Positions 54,257-64,000 of a DNA stretch of 64,000 nucleotides are shown piece by piece. Positions within the stretch are counted from its first letter, which is position 1, and each line of letters starts with the position of its first letter. The stretch is from Octopus vulgaris (lineage: Eukaryota). The notes beneath the pieces were generated by a model. That model saw only the letters and a program-made list of their open reading frames with translations, did no database searches and was not told the DNA's origin. A program made the translations under genes and the position numbers. The stretch is taken from assembly GCA_951406725.2 (NCBI GenBank), contig OX597829.1, positions 25,544,001 through 25,608,000 of the forward strand, given 5' to 3'.

Positions 54257-57200
54257 CATGTACACACAGAAGGAAGAAAAAAATCATCAATAAGGCTTTC
54301 TCCCTCCTTATTGGAAATGTTAGTGTGCTCCATCTAGAAAGGGGTGAAGTAAACTCAAGATCTTATTAAATACTCTCCCTCTCCGAGTTAGAGAGAGTCG
54401 ACCCCTTTCACGTATCCATGACTTTGTATTTTGGATGAAAGGAAGTCCACCAGCTTCAAATACTATTAGTGGAGTGTCTATTTAACAGAAGCGTGCTATA
54501 AATAAAGCTGAATTAGTTTCAGGTGACATAACAGTTCTAACCCTAACCTGTAGTCCTAAACATCATCAACACTAGATTTGTTGATCTACCATAGTCATTA
54601 ATCAATGTTTCTAATGTCATGAAAGTGATTTCTATTTCTAAGTGAAATTGGTTGCACCGTTATGAAGGAGAAAAAAATTACCCACCATTCCCATTTGCTC
54701 TCTTCTATATTGCAACTAAAATTTTCACTATATATATTGGATGACATTTAAAATACCACATTTACTAAGGACAGCATTGTTTCACAAGTATACAGATTGG
54801 ATCACTGTCTGAAACATGTCACCTTTGGAGGCAACATTTGTGATAGTCATGTTTTTAGTTTGAAGTAGAGATTTTAAGTGGAATGCCACTCACTCACTTC
54901 CAAGGTGTTGTAGTTGAGAATGCAAATACAATTTTGGTAAAGAAGATATTTTGTGAAAAATCAAATCAGTGAATATGTATGATTGTCAACTCTAAATGAA
55001 GTTAACCTTTTAACAGCAGTTACATATATGTACACCTCTATTCTTTGAGCTATGTAAGGGGATATATAATCATAATGATGCTCTCTTTTAATCAGCTGAT
55101 CTGGATCACAAATGTACTTCTGGCATACAACCTGTTAAAGTTTCTGCTAGAGGACAGATGTGTACTCTACATAGTTTGTTTACTACTGTAATTAGACTGC
55201 ATTGGATGAACCTTACTCATGTACCAATGCTAGTGTTTTCAATTTAGAAGAATCAGCAAATATGCTGAAGCGGGCCAAATATCGAAGTCATATCTAGAAA
55301 AGCCCTCTATTCAATTGGGACAAATTAGCAGTTAAGAAACTGATTAGAGTTGGAAGGCAACTCTAATTTCACATATATGACCTTGTTAGACCCTAGAATT
55401 TATGTTTGCTGTCAGTTAAAAGTGGCAACATTCTACTCTAAAAACTGGTTATATTTTATATGATATATCATTTAGTGTAGTAAATGTTGAAAATTACAAT
55501 TTGCTTAAGAAAGATTCCCTGAAACTGGCACATTTTACATGTCAGAAAATACAGTATTATAAGCAGTTAATTTAAAGATAAGGCTACTTTCAATTCATGT
55601 CATTCATATAAATCAGAGATTTTGATAATTAACACTATCCAGTAATCATGAAGACTAGAAAAATGTGACCATAAGATAGTTTGTAACTTGTAATTATTCG
55701 AGTTCAAGGGACTAGGGGAAAAAAAAAAAGAAGATAAATTTGAAGTGAGCACAAAATGTGAAGTATAAATGGTCTGAGAGGAGCATTGGTTATGAGATGA
55801 ATTAGATGTATTGTTTAAGAGAGACTTATACTGGTAAGGGCCTGTGTATGAAGGATGAGAGCTGTATACATAAGTTCAGTGTTTGAAATGATTGGAATCT
55901 GTGGAAGAGAGGAATTTGATAAGACATGGGATAAAAAGTGAAGACTGCTCTTAAGAAGTTGACAAAGGACCGCGACGTGTAGAATACCCTCCCATTGGTG
56001 TAAATATTGCTACTTGTTCATAAAATGGGAGTGGTGATGGATGCTGGTATGTACAAGAAGCTCTCTCACCAATTATATTCCTATTAAACTATCTATTAGT
56101 GTCTCCATCTCCCTCTCCTCTATCCGCCCTGTCTCTGTAAGAGATGCTATTTTATCTCTCCATATGCAACCCCACTCTACCAATACCCTTTACCACTACC
56201 TCACCCATTACATTTCTGCTAAATACCTACCTCATCCTGTTTCCTATCCACTGTGCAATGCCACCTGTGTAATGAAGGACAGCATTCAGTAGCTGTAAAT
56301 CCAGCCTCTTGGTCTTGTCTAACCTTGGACAAATGGAGAGGCTATGTAGTGTAGAGAGGAAGTGATATATAATACATTCACTACATCCCATAATGTGGTT
56401 GGTGGTAGAAAGGGTGGATACCAATGGAAACTATAGGATTAAAAAAAAAACCCCTCAAGACTGACCTAGATAGGTCCTACAGCCTTTCTAGGAGGGCAAT
56501 ATCTGAACAAGACATGACTTGGCTTATGATAGCCTGTCCAACCCATGCCAACATGGAAAGCAGACAGAGTGATGAATGACGCACACACACACATACACAC
56601 ACAAATAAAACCCGTATGTTTATCGTGGAGGCTGGATTGAGAAAAAGGATAGCTTCTTTTACCTGCCATGTATTTATATATATATATAGAGAGGATAATT
56701 AAACATTTAACCAATGTAAAAAAAATTTCTGTATTTGTATAATATATCATATATATATGTCCAATCAGTTATTTTAATTCCTGTGAATAATTGTTTGAAA
56801 GTAAAACTAGCAATAGTCAATGCATTAAACATACATTAGTCCCTGATTAAACTTGCAGGAAAAAAAAAAAAAGAAAAAAAAACCCAGCTCAATTTATTGC
56901 CTGTGGGACCTCACTTCAACTATAATCCAGGAGGCAGCAAGGGAAGGGATGAAACAAAAAAGAGCTTTGGTTTGAAAGGTTAAAGAGAAATGCTTATATG
57001 GTACGATGGAGGAGAGAAAAGTGGTTGTCTGTGGAAACCAAAAGCCTAGATAAAATTACGATATATTCTCCCCTGCACCAGGATAGAGAAAAGAGAAAAA
57101 GAAAAAAAAGTGAAAATGTGTCTAGATGTCTAACAACATCAGTGCTGAAATGAAATGTACTTATATTGAGATATAAATGAATGACCATGAGAAATGCAAA

Positions 57201-57291
57201 AGGAAAAGAGGAGGGGGTGGGTGGAGTAATAAATTAGTTTTATAATGTTATGGGAAATGTATTGTGAATAAAATTAACAGACACAGGACGG

Positions 57292-57322
<31 letters not shown>

Positions 57323-58390
57323 GACTTATTTTTGAATGAGCCTTCATTTCATAGTTTTGGATTTTGGAGAAAATGAAATTGTCAAAAAAAAAAAATGACA
57401 ATTTTTAAATAATAATTTTTTTGGACACTGAAAACTGACAAACAAATAATACTTGTAAAATATTAAAGAAACACAATACTTGGAGAAAATCTAAACAAAA
57501 GATAAAAAAAAAAGAAAAGAAAACTAGAAACAGAAAATAACAAAAATCAAACTGGAAATCAATCCACATCACAACATGTGTGATTTGAAAAAAAAATTTT
57601 TTTTTTTTAACAAATTTACCGGTATTTTGGTACTTTATTTTTCAATTTTCATTTTTTGTAAAAAAAGAGTTTTTAAGTTTTAAAATCAAAAAGAAAAGCT
57701 TTTGATTTCAAAAGAGATCAGCATATATATAATAATCATATAACAAATGTTATATATATATTATATAATATACATTATATATACAATTATTATATATAAT
57801 ACATATATTATATTTATAATATATATAAAATACTATATATATTATATTTATGCTATAAGATATAATATATATAAATGTAGAATATATATATGCAATACAT
57901 ATATATGAAATATATAATATATATATATATATATACATAAATATACACACATACATAATAAAACCCAACAATAAAAGACAAAATGACAATATATACACTC
58001 ATAGAAAACACAAAAACCCTTTTCATACAAATGTAACAGAGTTAAAGAAACAAATTATTGTTTCTTTTCAATCTTGGGTTACAATTGGTTGTATTTTTAT
58101 GTAGTTCCTTATTAAACAAAAAACAAAACACCCACAGATTTACAGGAGGGGGGTTAAAAAAATGAAACAATCAACAACAACAACCCAGAATGAGCAAGTG
58201 AGTTAGTCTACATTTTCCCTGAGATCCAATCCTGCTCAGTTACAGTAGAAGGAAAGTAAGAAAGAAAAAAAAAAACCAAAATCTAAATTATAAACAAAAG
58301 AATGAAACAAAATATATACACCTATCTGTGTGTGTGTGTGTTAGTGTCAGGGAATATGAAATTAGCTGTGAAGTCTCAGCTTCAAAACAA

Positions 58391-58437
<47 letters not shown>

Positions 58438-59705
58438 CAGTCTTGGATTTTCTTTCATTTAATGGCAAGATATGGGTCATTTGCCATAATAAAAAAATTT
58501 ATGTTATGGAAAATGAACATTAGGCTACTATCATCATTATCATCAGAATAAAATGGTATGAAAACCATAAATAGAATGTATGATGCCAACACTCCTTAGG
58601 AAAAAAAAGGGAAAAAAAGGTCATTGCAGATGGTAACTGACTTGGGAAGAAGAAGAAATAACTGGATTGTTACAGCAGTGTATTACTGGTACACCATCCA
58701 CAAGATTGCAAGATGAAAATGGGACACCTTTTATCAGAAATAATTAGTCATCCTCAAATCAGTAACCTGCACCATCTGTTTTATATGCACAGACACACAG
58801 ACACACAGATCATTTGTATATAACATACATACACATACCCTGTCCCTGCCTCTTGCCATATTTCTATTTCACACATACATACAGAGAAAGAATCAAAGGA
58901 GACATGACTGTGCAAGTCACAGCTAAGGCAACCTGCCTTTGAGAACTTGCAGAAGGGTATTCATAACCTCCATTGCAGACAATCTCTACTGGTGCCAGTG
59001 GTACAAGACGTACCAAATTCACACTGTAAAGTGGTTGGCAACTGAAAACATGCAGAGCACAAACATGGCACACGTAACAGGTTTTGAGCCAATTTATTGT
59101 TTGTTAGACTGTAAGGAATGTTAACATATTATGAAACTAATTTAAACAAGATGATATGCATGTATACACCCCTACATGTGTTTGTATGAGATATAATCTC
59201 TTGAATCAGATTAATATTGAACAATGCATACTGCTGCTGCACAGTTTTAATACTAATAGCTTCAACATTTATAATGAGGGGAAATTAATTATGGAAAGAT
59301 GAAGTGTAGCCACCCTTCCTAAACCAAGTGATGGATGACAGTGGTGCCGAGACAGCTGATTATATAGAAAAGGATATGTAGCACATTTGCTATTGTACCT
59401 TTGTGGAAAGTACATCCTGGTAGATGATAACGATGATGACCATATATTTAGATAAAAAAAAAAAATGAAACGAAACAGAAAAGTGAAAAAATACTACAGT
59501 AAAAAGAGAAAAAAAAAAGTACAAATAATAATACAAAGTGTCTGTAAAAAGATAAATGCACCAAATGTGAACACTTGAAGAAAAAAGATCAGAAGGAATG
59601 AATGGAGTATTCTGGGTGTGTGTGTGTGTATGTGTGTGAGGGATGGGGATTTGGTGAAAAAAAAAATTTAGTTTTCAATGGACACACAAAAAATTTTCTC
59701 TTTGG

Positions 59706-59741
<36 letters not shown>

Positions 59742-59748
59742 AAGTCCC

Positions 59749-61050
59749 TTAACTGTTGAATAACAGACATTTCAGCTTGGCTGTTTCTGTTTTTAAAGAA
59801 GCAACTTCAACTTTGAGTTTTAGATTTTCTTGTTCCAGAAATGATGCTCGCAAAGCTATTTCCTCCTCCTTCATTCTTCTAGCATCTCGAGAACGTTTAG
59901 CAGCTTCGTTGTTTTTCCGTCTCCTTTCCCAGTAAGCTTCATCTTTTTGGTTGTCTGGCAGGGACCTGGGACGCCTTTTGGCAGGGGTAGTTGTTACCAT
60001 AGTACAGCTTGGTGATGTGGAGGATATGGAGGATGTAGAGGGCGGAGTTATTGAGGATGAAATACAGTTTGTTGCAGCAGTGGCACTGGCTGTTGCTGTA
60101 GAGTGTCGCCCAGCTGTCGATGGTATGGATGGCGCTAACATATTCGGGAGAGAAGCTATAATACTGTTACCACTGACACTTTCGGTAACACAACTGGGAA
60201 TGCCAGAGGCAAGGAATGTATAGCGATGTTTATCAACCCCACCTAACTTGTGCATGTGATCTTTGTACATTGATAACACTTCTTCATTTCCTACACTCTG
60301 TACATTTCCAAGAATAGGGGATGTACACCCAGGTGGATGTGGTGATATAAGCTCTGAATATCCAACTGTATTAGCAGCAATAGCAGACATTAGTGCAGTT
60401 TCATTCATGTGATGAGGTCGTAGTTGACCACCACCTCGCCAAACTCCACTTCGAGGCTGGCGTTGAGGAATGGCATGGTGCCTTTGTTTTAGCAGAGAAG
60501 AGGAGGAAAAAGAATGAGATCTTTCTCTGAGAAGAAAATCCGAGGACATGCCAGCATCAATCAGCTGACCATTCACAAGTGAAGTTGACATGGCATCTGA
60601 AGATTTGCTGTCACAAGGACCAGATAAAATATGTTCAGATGGCATATCAACAGGAGACACACAGCCATTAGTGCCACCACAGTCATTATATATATTGGAA
60701 GAATTTCTTCCCGAAACCATTGTATGTGGAGGCGAAGAGGATATGAATGGAGAGTGAATTTCATGTTTTGGTGAATTGCTTAAAGAATCTATGTCATCTT
60801 TTCGTTTTGGCATAGAAAAATCTAGAGGTATATCTTGCATATAGCTTTCCCGAGGAGAAGAATCACGTCTAGGATCTTCAAGAGTTGATTGTTTTAGTTG
60901 ATGAACATCACTGCCTTTTCTTCGACTTCGGTCTGGTTTGCTTTCCTGAGATGTTTCTAAAGTGTTATCACATACATCCATTGAGTCTTCTTCAGAACCA
61001 CTCTGGCTGTGGGTATTTTCATTTGAAAGTTGAAGATCATTTTGAGCCAT
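59749..61050 (-). CDS. PAR-related bZIP transcription factor (giant / ces-2 / TEF-HLF-like), 433 aa, single coding exon
   Basis: Intact ORF with C-terminal basic region [24 protein letters not shown] and zipper [26 protein letters not shown], as in giant-type proteins. PLDFS CtBP-like motif. In-frame TGA 10 codons upstream of the ATG. Confidence 0.93.
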   Translation of the reverse strand: MAQNDLQLSNENTHSQSGSEEDSMDVCDNTLETSQESKPDRSRRKGSDVHQLKQSTLEDPRRDSSPRESYMQDIPLDFSMPKRKDDIDSLSNSPKHEIHSPFISSSPPHTMVSGRNSSNIYNDCGGTNGCVSPVDMPSEHILSGPCDSKSSDAMSTSLVNGQLIDAGMSSDFLLRERSHSFSSSSLLKQRHHAIPQRQPRSGVWRGGGQLRPHHMNETALMSAIAANTVGYSELISPHPPGCTSPILGNVQSVGNEEVLSMYKDHMHKLGGVDKHRYTFLASGIPSCVTESVSGNSIIASLPNMLAPSIPSTAGRHSTATASATAATNCISSSITPPSTSSISSTSPSCTMVTTTPAKRRPRSLPDNQKDEAYWERRRKNNEAAKRSRDARRMKEEEIALRASFLEQENLKLKVEVASLKTETAKLKCLLFNS

Positions 61051-61118
61051 TATGTAGCGAAACCAGTCGAATGTCTTTCAAATAAATGGCTACTTAAATA
61101 GTTGCCTTATAAAACAAT

Positions 61119-61145
61119 CTGGAAAAAAAAAAAGAAAAAAAGAAA
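61119..61145 (-). other. Splice acceptor of the 5'UTR intron of the bZIP gene
   Basis: On -: long T tract, then ccAG|attg. The exon starts at 61118, 68 nt before the ATG. Confidence 0.75.
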
Positions 61146-62233
61146 ACATTTAGAAATGTAGAATGAAATATATGATACTAAGAAATTAATTGGCAAGTCA
61201 ATATTAACATATTTAATACAACTTTAAATGACCTAACTAGAAGTAAGTATCTGTTGAGGAAATAATGTTAGTCAAGTATGGCAGATATCTCCAAACAGGT
61301 GAAGTTGGGATCTAATTAGAAAATTTCATAAACTACAGACACACACGACAGAGTTATCATGACAAGCTTCATATACATACAGAATAATTTAACACATCCA
61401 ACATCTTATCAGTTAGGACAGAAGAATAGTTTCAGAATGTTTGCTAGATACATATTTTAAATGTGAGATATCTTAGCCATAAAAAAATAAAAAGTATTAT
61501 GAACCAATGAAAATAAAATGCTGGTTTAAACATGTCACATCTCCAATGATTTACAGTATCATTTACTTGAGGTTTTAGGTTCAAATAATATCAACCCTTT
61601 TGATACCAACCCATCTAAGACCACCCCCAATTTTCATACAATATTCCTGTTTTAAAGTGACCTAAATTAAAGCCTTCCATCAAAATTCCATGTTTATTTA
61701 AGTTCCAAACACTTACTTGATAACAAAGCTGTTTCACTAAACTCTTAGTTATTTTCAAAATTAACTGAAACAAAAGCAGTGCATTTCATCTTCCCTCTCA
61801 AAATACTTATATAAAATGTTTTACAATCTACCCAACTCTAGACATTAGTTCTTTGTGACACATTGCAATAAAGTGTTCTGTGGTGATCTGTTGTGGTCAA
61901 GCATTGAATTACACCTGGAACAAAGTTCCAAACAACTGCAATGGTGAAACATACAGAAGAATAATATATATTTGTGTTGTTTATAATTCCACACACACAC
62001 ACACGTGTATGATGTAGAGTGTCATTTGAAGAAGATATGACTGTTGTTTGAAGTAGATCTGATACAATAAATACCTATCCATTGGAATCTATTCAATCCA
62101 CTACACTTCAGAGTATTGATTAGCCGTCTACAATGCAAAGTGAAAAATCTGAGCACAACCATTCATTACCAAATAACCTCTAATTTTGGTTTAACTAAAA
62201 TTGGTCCACATTAGCTTTTGCATGCAGCATTAA

Positions 62234-62451
62234 CCCTTTTGTTACAGTATTTATTTTGAGATGCTCTGTTTCTTTTAATTACTTTAAATATAACAAAGAA
62301 TTTAGCAAAATAACTTAGTTATCATTCAGCTAGCATTAGGAACATAAATTGTGACTAAGGTTTGGTGGAAGATTTGAATTCAAAACTTATGAAAACAAGA
62401 CATTTGTACACAGAGCCAGAGCTGGTTTCAGCTGGGTTGGTAATGAAAGGG
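62234..62451. mobile_element. piggyBac-like MITE (family 2)
   Basis: TTAA|CCCTTTTGTTAC ... GTAATGAAAGGG|TTAA. Confidence 0.8.
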
Positions 62452-63444
62452 TTAAGTGGATAGATCACATCATCTAGCACCATAGATGAAGATAAAACCT
62501 GCCATATTTGTTGCATTACACACATTGACTAGAGAGGCCCCACCCCTACACTAGGTTGTTTCTAGTTGTTACTCCATTTAGCATAATTCTACTGTGTATT
62601 TTATTATGTTACTAATACTAGGAAAATGAGCATGTATGTATATACATGTACCTCCTTGCATCATACACATCTCCACGGTTAAAAAACCAAATCTAAATGA
62701 CATTTGTTTAATGATGTAGCACCACTTACCAAAGTCATACCTATGATCCTCACCAGCACATACCTTTCAAGTATCTTGCTGTGTCAAAATAGCAAGCCTT
62801 AGTAATTGCATTAGTTTTTCCCTTTTTCGGTGGGCAGGGGACATTGTAGACTGTTAGCAACTGTGTTCTTCATTCAGATAGCAAAGCATGATTGGAGGGG
62901 GATTTTGGCCTTTATTTTAAGCAAGCTGTTCATTGGCTCAGAGAGGGTTAAGAGTAGGTAATGTACAAAGTATACACAGTAATGTACCAATGATAATTAT
63001 CATCATGCTTAATTAGTAAAGTTAATTACTGAAGTACAGTAGATATGATGATTCCCACCCACTGCTCATGCTCTAAATACTTCAAACACTTAATCTCTAT
63101 GATTGGTGCAATAATATAATAGTAGGCCATATTCAAAACTCTTGTAAGAAAAGAGAGAGATGATTGCACACAGAATGGAAGACAGAAGACAAACAGGCAA
63201 CTGTATCTATACATATATAAACAAGTAGTGTAAGTGGATTCAGAGAATTGTGTGGTTACTACTGATCACATGATTCTCAGAATCCACTTATGCTACTGAC
63301 CAAATCAATCTAATTTTGTTCATTTTTGGCTTTCCATACATTGTATATAAAGAAATTTCATGTGCATATTTAGGGTTGAATTGTTGGTGTAACCACGTTA
63401 CCTGTGATCTGATGAGCTAGCTTTCATGCTGAGTATTCATATTA

Positions 63445-63650
63445 CAGTAATCCCTCACCATAATGCAGTCATGGTTTATTATATAAGCTTACGTTGATTC
63501 CTTTATAGTGTTGTTTTGCATTTGTAATAAAATAAATATATGCAAACTATAAAAATAAAAAAAACATACAGTATTGTTTCTACTTCATGCATTTTCATCT
63601 ATTGCGAGGGTCTTTGGAATGTAACATCCACGATAGTTGAGGGCTTACTG
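63445..63650. mobile_element. pogo/Tigger-like MITE
   Basis: TA|CAGTAATCCCTC ... GAGGGCTTACTG|TA. Confidence 0.75.
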
Positions 63651-63654
63651 TAAT

Positions 63655-64000
63655 GCAATCATCGTCATTGTTTAACGTCCGTTTTCTGGGGTCTGGGAAG
63701 TCAGGAGGCTGCATCAAGCACCAGTCTGATCTGGCAGTGCTTCCACAGCTGGATGCCCTTCCTAATGCCAACCACTCCGTGAGTGTAGTGGGTGCTTTTT
63801 ATGTGCCACCGGCACAGGGGCCAGGGGAGGCTGGTAAACAGCCATGATTGGTTGATGCCTTTTACGTGTCACCGACATGGGCACCAGTCAGGCGGCACTG
63901 GCATCAGCCACGTTCGGATGGTGCTTTTTATACAATTTCCATTTGATTTTTATTTTGATGTTATGTTGACATACTTGACTCAATAGGTCTCCTCAAGCAC
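63655..64000 (-). mobile_element. RTE-tail repeat (family C)
   Basis: Matches 15165-15330 (ctggatgcccttcctaatgccaaccactcc). Confidence 0.75.

Noticed and set aside
54535-54560. Telomere-like ctaaccctaacc
   Set aside because: Only about two units; too short to call.

Overview
AT-rich, microsatellite- and SINE-dense animal DNA. The repeat families and composition suggest a cephalopod (Octopus-like) genome; this is an inference. Two host genes are supportable: the last two coding exons of a CCDC117-like gene on + (335-505, 1294-1378) and a single-coding-exon PAR-related bZIP transcription factor of the giant/ces-2 type on - (59749-61050). The interval between them is mostly decayed transposons: mariner, Tc1, maT-like, hAT, Helitron, piggyBac- and pogo-like MITEs, RTE and CR1 LINE fragments, an REL-endonuclease fragment, a Penelope element and tRNA-derived SINEs. 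The most notable signal is RNA-level. A ~363-bp, highly structured tandem array (21774-23405) carries one minimal hammerhead ribozyme per unit with a U3-A8 core variant, resembling a non-LTR retrozyme or Penelope pLTR array. Two other repeat families carry hammerhead-like folds with C3-G8 (Penelope pLTRs) and G3-C8 (two palindromic elements) cores. Most ORFs in the supplied track are microsatellite or repeat artefacts. All alignments and folds were done by eye, and many repeat boundaries are approximate.
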